Positions 8,408-16,194 of a DNA stretch of 20,324 nucleotides are shown here, in pieces (positions within the stretch are counted from its first letter, which is position 1; every line of letters begins with the position of its first letter). The position numbers were made by a program, and so were the translations under genes. A model generated the notes under the pieces. It searched no databases and was not told where the DNA came from. It was given only the letters and a program-made list of their open reading frames with translations. The DNA comes from an archaeon (GTDB lineage: Archaea; Nanobdellota; Nanobdellia; Woesearchaeales; GW2011-AR9). The DNA is taken from NCBI GenBank assembly GCA_030704845.1, contig JAUYKZ010000016.1, positions 1 through 20,324 of the forward strand. Reading direction: 5' to 3'.

Positions 8408-9688
8408 ATGAAAAACAGTTTGTTTGCAATGTTCGTTATTGGTTTGTTAGTGCTTGCCAACGTAGTTGGTGCAGTAGCAGCTGTTGACGACGGAAACGTT
8501 GATCTTCAAAACAATGTTAAAATTGTTACTATGAAGGTTGATGGAGAATATGTAATCTTTGATGGAAATACCGTTGAAGATGTGATCGCAGTAAATGAAG
8601 GGGCAACCCTTAATGTAAGAGTAGGATTAAGATCTGCTGTTGATGTTGACGACATAGAAGTTGACGCAAAAATCAGTGGGTACGAATACTCCGATGAAGA
8701 AAACTTACAAGATTCTTTAGGACCAATTGAACTTAAGAAAGGCATTACAAAATATGTTGATCTTGAAATCAATTTACCAAGAGACCTTAAAGAAAACGAA
8801 TACTTGTTAAGACTAAGATTGCTTAACCGAGAAGGTGTAGCATTCACACAAAACGTACGCTTACTTGTTGACGCACCACGTCATAGCGTAGACCTAGAAG
8901 ATGTAAGCTTTTCCCCTAGTGTACGAGCTGGACAATCATTGTTCGTGAACGTATTATTGGAAAACTACGGTGACAGAAACGAAGAAGATGTTAAAGTTAC
9001 TGTTAGCATTCCAGAATTAGGAGTTAGCGCAACTGAATGGGTTGACCAAGTAGATGCAGACGATAGAGAACGTGCTCCAGAAATGTTCGTACAAATCCCA
9101 GCTTCCGCTGTGGAAGGAACATACACTGTAGAAGTTGTTGCAGAATACAACAATAGACACGAATCTGTTCGAAGACAGTTTAGCGTTCAAGTTCAACCAT
9201 ACGAACTTAACGACTTAGTAGGAAATACTGATGCTGCTGTATTAGTAGTTGCTCCTGAGACCCAAACTGTTGCTGCAGGTACTACCGCTACGTACGGTGT
9301 TGCCTTGGCAAACGAAGGCCGAAACTCAAAAGCATACACTATTGAAGTAGTTTCTGGCGACTGGGCAAGCGCTTCCGTAACTGAAAGCCTTGTATTACTA
9401 GACGCTGGTAAGAGCAAAGTTGTTTATGTAAATCTTGCTGTAGCTCAAAATGCTCCAGCTGGTGAACATGCAGCTACCTTAGTTGTTAAATCAGGCGATG
9501 TTGTTATCGAAACACACGCATTGAAAGCAACTGTGGCACCTGCTCAGACTGCTGCAAACGGTGTAAGCTTAAGAAATGGCGTTGAGATCGCATTAATCGT
9601 TCTCGTTGTTGTTTTGGTAGTTGTTGGCTTAATCGTAGGCTTCAGCAAACTTCGTAAAGAAGAAGACGAAGATCAAACGTACTACTAG
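8408..9688 (+). CDS. Putative S-layer / cell-surface protein with CARDB-like domains and a C-terminal membrane anchor
   Basis: Signal peptide 'MKNSLFAMFVIGLLVLANVVGAVAA'. Repeated beta-sandwich segments. C-terminal 'VEIALIVLVVVLVVVGLIVGF' TM followed by the charged tail SKLRKEEDEDQTYY. Strong promoter and SD. Confidence 0.8.
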   Translation: MKNSLFAMFVIGLLVLANVVGAVAAVDDGNVDLQNNVKIVTMKVDGEYVIFDGNTVEDVIAVNEGATLNVRVGLRSAVDVDDIEVDAKISGYEYSDEENLQDSLGPIELKKGITKYVDLEINLPRDLKENEYLLRLRLLNREGVAFTQNVRLLVDAPRHSVDLEDVSFSPSVRAGQSLFVNVLLENYGDRNEEDVKVTVSIPELGVSATEWVDQVDADDRERAPEMFVQIPASAVEGTYTVEVVAEYNNRHESVRRQFSVQVQPYELNDLVGNTDAAVLVVAPETQTVAAGTTATYGVALANEGRNSKAYTIEVVSGDWASASVTESLVLLDAGKSKVVYVNLAVAQNAPAGEHAATLVVKSGDVVIETHALKATVAPAQTAANGVSLRNGVEIALIVLVVVLVVVGLIVGFSKLRKEEDEDQTYY

Positions 9689-9696
9689 GTAGTACG
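9678..9696 (+). terminator. 8-bp hairpin enclosing the TAG stop codon, followed by T-rich tracts
   Basis: CGTACTAC (9678-9685) - TAG (9686-9688) - GTAGTACG (9689-9696), then AATTTTTATC...CCATTTTTTTTC. Confidence 0.5.
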
Positions 9697-9792
9697 AATT
9701 TTTATCTTCTTCCATTTTTTTTCTTTTAATTAAGGAAAATTTTGGAAGAATTTTTTTTATAATTTACTTTTCAAACAATTCAAGAAATACCA

Positions 9793-10299
9793 ATGACAAA
9801 AATGGTTAAGAATAAGAAAAGCAGTAAAGCTAAAACACTTCCTGTAAGAAACACGGTACGGGCAGTAATTTATCGAAGAACCGAACAAGGGTATGACTTT
9901 CTTCTTCTTTACAAAGTTGGTACAAAAAATTATTGGCAGAATCCGCAAGGAGGGCAGAAAAGGGGTGAAGGCCCGTTGGAAGCTTTGCTTAGAGAATCAG
10001 AAGAAGAAACAGGGATTCCTAGAAGTTCTTTAGAATTGATAAATTCAACAGAAGTCAAGAAAGAGTATATCACTTTAAGACGAGGGACAAAAACTAAAGT
10101 AAATCTTACGGCGTATGCAGTTAAGGTTAATGGTGTTCATCAAATAAAATTGTCTAAAGAACATAATAATTTCAAATGGGTTTCTTACGATAAAGCTCGG
10201 TTAACCATGGGAAAATATCAAGAACAGATCCAAGTTTTTGATGAGATCTGTAAGGAATTATTCTATCAACATTTCATGAGAAAATCGCGTTTGGAATAA
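9793..10299 (+). CDS. Nudix hydrolase (NTP/Ap4A pyrophosphohydrolase-like)
   Basis: Nudix box GGQKRGEGPLEALLRESEEETGI (Gx5Ex7REUxEExGU pattern). Confidence 0.93.
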   Translation: MTKMVKNKKSSKAKTLPVRNTVRAVIYRRTEQGYDFLLLYKVGTKNYWQNPQGGQKRGEGPLEALLRESEEETGIPRSSLELINSTEVKKEYITLRRGTKTKVNLTAYAVKVNGVHQIKLSKEHNNFKWVSYDKARLTMGKYQEQIQVFDEICKELFYQHFMRKSRLE

Positions 10300-10341
10300 A
10301 CATAGCTAACCTTTTTATAGTCTTGATATTATGGATATTCT

Positions 10342-11430
10342 ATGAAAATTTCAATAATTGGTGGGGGTCCGGTTGGATGTTATACTGGCTATCTTTTTGC
10401 GAAAGAAGGACATCTGGTAACAATTTATGAAAATCATCCCCTAATTGGATCTCCAATTCAATGCACAGGAATTCTTACCAACGATTTTGATGATTTTGGA
10501 TTTCCATTAAAATCATTTCTAGTTAATACCATAAACAAAATCGAGGTTATCTCTCCATCTGGAGAAGAAGTTTTAATTAAACAGAAGGATTACATTGTTT
10601 GTAGAAATAAATTTGATAATTTCTTTGCAGACCTGGCAAAGAAAGCTGGGGCAAAAATTCTGGTAAATCATTCTTTTATCAGAAAAGAAGGCAAGGCAGT
10701 AATAATTAAGGATTCTTTAACTAATAAAGAGATTAAAGTAACTCCCGATTTAGTTATTGGAGCGGATGGACCACTTTCTCCGACCGCAAAAGCGTTTGGT
10801 TTTTATAATTCGGAAAGAAAAAATTATTATGGGGTACAAGCAGTTGTCGAAGGAAAATTTGAACCAGGGACGATTAAAACCTATTTTGGTCAATCTATCT
10901 GTCCAGGATTATTTGCTTGGATTGTTCCAGAATCTTCAACGATAGCGAGAGTAGGGATTGCAGCAGTTAAAGATTCTAGAAAATATTTTGATAAGTTCAT
11001 GAAAGAGAATAATTTTAAAGCTAAAGAAATCCAAGCAGGTACAATTCCTATATATCATCCTCGACAGAAATTACATCAGGATAATTGTTATCTTGTTGGT
11101 GATGCGGCAGGTTTTGTGAAAGCAACAACCTTAGGTGGGTTGATTCCTGGACTTAAACAAGCTGAGATTATGGTCAAATCTGTTTTAGAAGGTAAGGATT
11201 ATGAAGTAGAAATTAAACCTCTTAGACGGAAAATGAAAATTCATTTAATGATTCATAACATTCTTGATAAATTTAGTGATAAAGATTTTGATAAGATGGT
11301 CCGGTATGTTAATCAACCTAAAATTCAGAAAATATTTGAACAACATACTCGAGAAAATCCATTGCCGATATTACTTAAAGCTGGATTAAAAGAACCTCGG
11401 TTTGCTTATTTTGTCAAGTATTTGTGGTAA
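10342..11430 (+). CDS. FAD-dependent geranylgeranyl reductase family protein
   Basis: 'ISIIGGGPVGCYTGYLFAKEGHLVTIYE', 'CTGIL', 'DLVIGADGPLSPTAKAFG' and 'CYLVGDAAGFVKATTLGGLIPGLKQAE' are typical of the archaeal GGR family. Confidence 0.9.
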   Translation: MKISIIGGGPVGCYTGYLFAKEGHLVTIYENHPLIGSPIQCTGILTNDFDDFGFPLKSFLVNTINKIEVISPSGEEVLIKQKDYIVCRNKFDNFFADLAKKAGAKILVNHSFIRKEGKAVIIKDSLTNKEIKVTPDLVIGADGPLSPTAKAFGFYNSERKNYYGVQAVVEGKFEPGTIKTYFGQSICPGLFAWIVPESSTIARVGIAAVKDSRKYFDKFMKENNFKAKEIQAGTIPIYHPRQKLHQDNCYLVGDAAGFVKATTLGGLIPGLKQAEIMVKSVLEGKDYEVEIKPLRRKMKIHLMIHNILDKFSDKDFDKMVRYVNQPKIQKIFEQHTRENPLPILLKAGLKEPRFAYFVKYLW

Positions 11431-12157
11431 TAATTTTAGAATACCCTTTGGTTAACCCGCCAAGACGGAAAATAATCACTTCATCAATTTTGTTATTTCT
11501 GGCAATTCTAAGATGATTCGACAACTGTTTCGGGGAAAGAATAGTTTCCTTGTTTGTTATTCCTGTTGCGATTGTTCCAAAAGCGGGGATGAAATGAGGA
11601 TAATTGTTTTTACCAAGTTGCAATTGTTTAATCAGAAATTTATCGTCAAACTGATGCATTGAGCCATATAACATTTTAATGATGGATGAATTTTTATTCG
11701 AGTAATGAAGGCCTAGACTTTTTATCAATTTTGAACGCCAGCCGTTCTGAGGATAATATTCAGCAAGATAAACCACGTTAGGATGATTCTGAATAAAATT
11801 TTGGATAGACCGTTTATTATTTAAGAAGTTGATAGATTGAGTCAAATAAAGCCTAGGATTATGTCGGGTGGGGAGTTCTAAATCAAGCATAACCGAGATG
11901 TTCTTGTTTTCAAGTTCGTTTAAAGTTCTTTGTAAAGCTTGTTTCTGAGTAAATGGAGAAATCCAATATCCCTCTTTTTTTTTAAGAATCGGCCAGTAGA
12001 TTACTTCAAGGATATTTTTGTTTTTTATTGTTTTCCTAAGTTTGTTAAATTCTATCAGATTTTCAGCGGCAAGATATAATTTACACGGCCAATTGATCAG
12101 AGAAATTTTTTGTAGGTTTTCTTCAGTTGGAAATTCTTCAAAAAAACTGATTATCAT
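11414..12157 (-). CDS. Hypothetical protein (247 aa), possibly TIM-barrel-like
   Basis: Intact ORF, convergent 17-nt overlap with the GGR gene. Alternating beta/alpha segments (LYLAAEN, ILEVIYWPIL, ISVMLDLELP, VVYLAEY, DEVIIFRLGG). No family assigned. Confidence 0.6.
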   Translation of the reverse strand: MIISFFEEFPTEENLQKISLINWPCKLYLAAENLIEFNKLRKTIKNKNILEVIYWPILKKKEGYWISPFTQKQALQRTLNELENKNISVMLDLELPTRHNPRLYLTQSINFLNNKRSIQNFIQNHPNVVYLAEYYPQNGWRSKLIKSLGLHYSNKNSSIIKMLYGSMHQFDDKFLIKQLQLGKNNYPHFIPAFGTIATGITNKETILSPKQLSNHLRIARNNKIDEVIIFRLGGLTKGYSKIITTNT

Positions 12158-12203
12158 TCAACGGATTAAATGGTCTTGATTAATATGTTTTTCTACAACA
12201 GTC

Positions 12204-12211
12204 TTTATATA
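12204..12211 (+). promoter_or_regulatory. Box A TTTATATA positioned for leaderless initiation at ATG 12233
   Basis: Centre of the box is 25-26 nt upstream of the ATG at 12233. Confidence 0.5.
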
Positions 12212-12232
12212 GCGGATTAATTGGATAAACCT

Positions 12233-12604
12233 ATGCCAACTCTTATTGCATGCTTGTCAACTGGGAAAGGAACTTGGCTTGAAGTAAGCAAAGTTCTTAA
12301 ATCTCAGGAATGGACTAAAGTTTTCTTAATCACCAATCAGTTTGGGAAAGAAAATTTTGTTAAACCATCTGATAACGTAGAGTTGGTTGTAATAGATCCG
12401 TTTAAGGAAACCGATGATCTTGTTGAAGATATCAAAAAAGGATTAAAGGATAAATTTAATGATTTTGAGATTGCTTTAAATTTAGTTTCCGGAAGTGGGA
12501 AAGAACATATGGCGTTACTAGAAGCAATATTGGAATTAGGATGCAATTTTAGATTGGTTACTTTAAAAAAAGAACAATATCACATTCTGGGACTTAAGGC
12601 ATGA
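12233..12604 (+). CDS. CARF-like Rossmann-fold protein (123 aa), stand-alone
   Basis: MPTLIACLSTGKGTWLEV... ...VFLITNQF... ...VELVVIDPF... ...FEIALNLVSGSGKEHMALLEAILELGCNFRLVTL. Beta/alpha order and a 'N-x-x-SGSGKEHMALLEAI' segment reminiscent of the CARF 'TGGTK-M' segment. The track's TTG start at 12221 lies upstream of the predicted TSS. Confidence 0.55.
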   Translation: MPTLIACLSTGKGTWLEVSKVLKSQEWTKVFLITNQFGKENFVKPSDNVELVVIDPFKETDDLVEDIKKGLKDKFNDFEIALNLVSGSGKEHMALLEAILELGCNFRLVTLKKEQYHILGLKA

Positions 12605-13370
12605 TAGTATACCATCGCAGTAAAAATCTGTCAACGGCTTTAACTAAATCATATTCACTTCCCTGAATTTTCACACAAGCACCGTCAAGAGTAACTTTAG
12701 GTTCTCCCCCCAATATTAACTCTATAATCGGTTTATTTTCAGGATTGTTTTCACAACTTATTATTGGTCGACCAATACATGCTTCATCTTCTTCAGTGCA
12801 ACTTCCAACAGGAAGACGCTGAACTCCACTTGCAACATTAAAACTGAGTTCCGAGATGGAAAGGGTGTAATACTTATTAGTTACTTTTGGATCGATACCA
12901 ATGTGAACTTCTTCCCCGTTATTAAATGCGTCAGTAAGCGATCCGCTGATAGGAATATCGGCGACTTCTTGAGGACCAAAATGAAGTGGGACTTGAATAC
13001 CTTTACCAAAGACTTTAAGGATTGTCCACCATAAACCATCATATTTTACAAAGCTATAACCATTATACATATATCCGCGGTCACCACTTAGTTTTCCATC
13101 AAGATTTTCCATATGTAACTCATTAACACTTTTTACCAGTTTGTTACTTGAATCAGTATCTTTAGTGTCAAGGTTACCTAGAAGTAAAACAAATACCCCG
13201 ATTATGATTAGAACGGCTATACCAATATTTCTAGCATCTTTCTTGGTAAGTTTAGAATCTTCTTTTATAGACTTTTCAAGTTCTTCTTGAGATTCCGTAT
13301 GAAACTCTTCTTTAAGAGCTTTCTCAACTAGAATATGGTCATCTGTTGATTTTTCAGTCATAACTGTCAA
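12594..13370 (-). CDS. Single-pass membrane protein of unknown function
   Basis: Charged N terminus, one TM segment (IGIAVLIIIGVFVLLLGNL), and an extracytoplasmic domain with four Cys residues. Confidence 0.65.
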   Translation of the reverse strand: MTVMTEKSTDDHILVEKALKEEFHTESQEELEKSIKEDSKLTKKDARNIGIAVLIIIGVFVLLLGNLDTKDTDSSNKLVKSVNELHMENLDGKLSGDRGYMYNGYSFVKYDGLWWTILKVFGKGIQVPLHFGPQEVADIPISGSLTDAFNNGEEVHIGIDPKVTNKYYTLSISELSFNVASGVQRLPVGSCTEEDEACIGRPIISCENNPENKPIIELILGGEPKVTLDGACVKIQGSEYDLVKAVDRFLLRWYTIMP

Positions 13371-13410
13371 AAATAGTAACCCCTTTAAGAAGTTTCTGGA
13401 TTTAATTTCC

Positions 13411-14202
13411 CTATTTAAGAGATTTTTTCATATCTGCAAGAGATTCTTTTATAGCTTTGAAAATCTTATCGATTTCTTTCAAATCGGAATGATTTATTTC
13501 TTCATTACGGTCGTTTAGTGGGACAAAATTTGAGTACCAATTAAGGTCTAAATCAAACATTCCGTCTTCTGTTTCGGCACTCACCCAAGCATGCATTACG
13601 CCTTCAGACTCATTAAAAAGAAAAGATTCCCCGATTCTCAAATAAGCTGGAATTCTATAATGAGTAAGTAAAGAAAATAATGCTGCCGAAAGATCAGCAC
13701 AATCTCCCGTTCCTGCATATAAAACTTCGGTGATTTGGGGTGTTCCTTCAGTTATTTTTCTCTCAGGAATGTAATCAGATAAAGTTTCGTAAATTATTTT
13801 TACAGATCTAGTTGCTGACGTTTCTCCAGAAAGTTTCCGATCAATTTCTTCAATTAACTGAGATAGTTTTGGGAAAGTTCCCGGTTTCTCCATCTCTTCG
13901 TTTAAGATGATTAAATTATCTCTAGCAGAGATGTAAGCAAAAAGTCTTTCAAAAAGACCGGATTTTGTTTCGTCATTAAATCGAGCATTTCTCTCGAATT
14001 CATCTACTCTTTGAAAATAATCTAAAGCGGATTCATCTAGTTCGTTCAATGGATAATTGTTCAAAACAAATTCGTTTATGCCTCCCTCATTTTGGGAGAA
14101 AGTTAAATTAAATCTATCAAAAGTATCGACAGTGCACATATATTCCGGTTCTAAGGAATAAGGAGTAGTCATCAAGGCAATTGCTAATAAGGTTGAGTTC
14201 AT
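13411..14202 (-). CDS. Transglutaminase-like (papain-fold) extracytoplasmic protein
   Basis: Cys-His-Asp motif set 'AGTGDCADLSAALFSLL', 'VMHAWVSAE' and 'MFDLDLNWY'. Short hydrophobic N terminus. Confidence 0.8.
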   Translation of the reverse strand: MNSTLLAIALMTTPYSLEPEYMCTVDTFDRFNLTFSQNEGGINEFVLNNYPLNELDESALDYFQRVDEFERNARFNDETKSGLFERLFAYISARDNLIILNEEMEKPGTFPKLSQLIEEIDRKLSGETSATRSVKIIYETLSDYIPERKITEGTPQITEVLYAGTGDCADLSAALFSLLTHYRIPAYLRIGESFLFNESEGVMHAWVSAETEDGMFDLDLNWYSNFVPLNDRNEEINHSDLKEIDKIFKAIKESLADMKKSLK

Positions 14203-14239
14203 AAGATGCCTAGAAGCCTTCTTTTTAAAAACTTTACCT

Positions 14240-14827
14240 TCAATTTTTCAATTTCTGTTTTTTTGTCATTCTTGATAATTTGCGTTCCAAACCAAAGAGA
14301 ATAGAACAGCCGATTAAAGAAAAAATACCAACTAGAATAAAGGTGATTGTAAATCCTACAAATTCAGCAATTGCAGCGCCGATTGTTGCGGTGATAGCTG
14401 CACCTAAACTGACTAGAGTTGAATAAAGACTCCATTCAAAACTTTCATGTTTCTTATCAAGGTTAACACTCCATAACCCTAACCAAGTAGGATAAGCTAA
14501 ACCGCTACCAATTCCATAAATCACTTGAGCGATATAAATGTGAATTACCGATTTAGCAAAAATGTAAATGAAAGGAACTGAAGAGACTAAAAATGTTCCC
14601 AGAATAAGCCATTTAATTTTGTCTTCATGTTTATCGACATATCTTGAGAATGGCAATTGGATAATTGATTTAGTAATAAAGAAAAGGGTGCTGGCAATTC
14701 CCGCAGCAAAAATAGTTCCACCAACAAGATTATCTTTAATAAAGATAGCAAGAATTGGAGCAATCAGTCCAAACCCTGTGACGACAGAAATATCTGAAAA
14801 CATTAATAGTTTTATGGTCTTGTTCAT
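14240..14827 (-). CDS. Half-size MFS-type membrane protein (195 aa, about 6 TM)
   Basis: N-terminal MFS half: 'SDISVVTGFGLIAPILAIFI', motif-A-like 'FSRYVDKHEDKIKW', 'IAQVIYGIGSGLAYPTWLG', ending in a basic tail. Confidence 0.75.
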   Translation of the reverse strand: MNKTIKLLMFSDISVVTGFGLIAPILAIFIKDNLVGGTIFAAGIASTLFFITKSIIQLPFSRYVDKHEDKIKWLILGTFLVSSVPFIYIFAKSVIHIYIAQVIYGIGSGLAYPTWLGLWSVNLDKKHESFEWSLYSTLVSLGAAITATIGAAIAEFVGFTITFILVGIFSLIGCSILFGLERKLSRMTKKQKLKN

Positions 14828-14918
14828 AATTAGTAAGATGTATTTTAGGATATATTAACTTATAGTATATGTCCAGAAAAAGCGAAACGAATATAACCAT
14901 TAGATTAAATAAGGTTCT

Positions 14919-15620
14919 ATGAACCCAATAATTTCTCAAGATAGAAGTATTATTCCTGCCTGTGATGTTTCTTTGGAAGTGTATCTTAAAATTGTAAAGG
15001 AAACAGGTGATATTGATGCTGTAAGCGCATACAAAATAGGGTTTGAATTAGGGTTGCTTTATGGTTTACCAGACATAGTGGCTATCGCTAGAGAACATGG
15101 AAATAAAAAAATAATTTATGATCATCAGAAAGCAGGAACGGATATACCTGATACTGGCAAAAGTTTCATGAAAGTAATGAAACAAGCAGGAGTCGATGCG
15201 GTGATTTTATTTCCCCAAGCAGGTCCCAAAACGCAGAAAGCGTGGATAAACGCAGCTCAAGATTTAGATTTAGGAGTTATCGTTGGCGGATTGATGACTC
15301 ATCCTCAATATATCAGGAGTGAAGGGGGTTACATCTCCGATGAGGCTATAATGGAAATATATCTAAATGCAGTAGACGAAGGCGTAACAAATTTTGTTGT
15401 CCCGGGAAATAAGGTTAATGATTTAACGGCACTTATGGAAGAGTTGGAAAGAGTTGTGGTCGACCCGGTTTTATATTCTCCTGGTTTGGTTACACAAGGG
15501 GGAGACATTTCTGATGCCGGGCGAGCAGCTGGAGAGAAATGGCATGCGATTGTTGGCCGAGGTATTTATCAAGCAGAAGATATGAAACAAGCCGTGATGG
15601 ATCTTTCTAAGAATTTATAA
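14919..15620 (+). CDS. pyrF: Orotidine 5'-phosphate decarboxylase (OMPDC) family protein
   Basis: TIM-barrel OMPDC/HUMPS features: 'SAYKIGFELGL', 'KKIIYDHQKAGTDIPDTG', 'GVDAVILFPQAGP', 'GVTNFVVPGNK', 'PVLYSPGLVTQGGD' and 'HAIVGRGIYQAEDMKQAV'. Confidence 0.78.
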   Translation: MNPIISQDRSIIPACDVSLEVYLKIVKETGDIDAVSAYKIGFELGLLYGLPDIVAIAREHGNKKIIYDHQKAGTDIPDTGKSFMKVMKQAGVDAVILFPQAGPKTQKAWINAAQDLDLGVIVGGLMTHPQYIRSEGGYISDEAIMEIYLNAVDEGVTNFVVPGNKVNDLTALMEELERVVVDPVLYSPGLVTQGGDISDAGRAAGEKWHAIVGRGIYQAEDMKQAVMDLSKNL

Positions 15621-15995
15621 ACTAGAACTGATGCACAATTTATAATTCTCTGTAGCTTTATTTTGACATTTAAAATTCTCTGCCTGAACTTTAGTTAAAC
15701 AGTTTTGATATAATTCTTCAATTAATTTTTCTCCATCTTCGATATCTTGGAAAAGTTTTCTTTTGCAATCGGTTTGATTAGAACTGCTTCTGCATAACAA
15801 TAAATGTTCAACAAAATATTGACGAAGAAGATGCTGATTTTCTTGTTCCTTGTCACGGCAGACAACTTCTGCTTTAGCTAAAGTATCTTCACAGACAACT
15901 CTCTCATTAAGAAATTGTGTGTCGCAGTTAATTCTGGATTGGTATCCGCCACACGATGTTAGAAAGATTGCCAGGAATGCGGTTTTAATTGACAT
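15615..15995 (-). CDS. Small Cys-rich putative lipoprotein (126 aa)
   Basis: N-terminal MSIKTAFLAIFLTSC^GG matches a lipobox ([L][T][S]C). Eight further Cys residues in the remainder. Confidence 0.6.
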   Translation of the reverse strand: MSIKTAFLAIFLTSCGGYQSRINCDTQFLNERVVCEDTLAKAEVVCRDKEQENQHLLRQYFVEHLLLCRSSSNQTDCKRKLFQDIEDGEKLIEELYQNCLTKVQAENFKCQNKATENYKLCISSSL

Positions 15996-16068
15996 TTTGT
16001 TTCATTCGGGAGATTTTTTATAACACATTTTATACACGCTTACTTCGTATTAACAAGGATAAAAGATG

Positions 16069-16180
16069 TTATAATACGCTGCGCTGATGAGAACGAAACC
16101 TAACGACCCACTACCCACAAGAAAATTAAAGAATTTTCCGAGGGTTATTCAGAATTATCGTTCTTCACTACCCACTGGTC
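16069..16180. ncRNA. Candidate structured RNA in an intergenic gap, strand undetermined
   Basis: Nested pairings GAGAACG (16089-16095)/CGTTCTT (16159-16165), ACCC (16113-16116)/GGGT (16142-16145) and GAAAATT (16121-16127)/AATTTTC (16132-16138), plus a 10-nt direct repeat CACTACCCAC at 16109-16118 and 16166-16175. Confidence 0.3.
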
Positions 16181-16194
16181 AACCACAGATAGAG

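Noticed and set aside
8506-9417. Minus-strand ORFs opposite the S-layer-like gene.
   Set aside because: Ser/Thr-rich shadow ORFs generated by the regular codon usage of the highly expressed plus-strand gene.
14736-14939. 67-aa minus-strand ORF overlapping the MFS and pyrF starts.
   Set aside because: It overlaps two better-supported starts and has no motif.
16085-16099. CTGATGAGAACGAAAC resembles the hammerhead ribozyme core (CUGAUGA...GAAA).
   Set aside because: Only 4 nt separate the two core segments, so there is no real stem II, and I could not find matching stem I/III partners with a UH cleavage site nearby.
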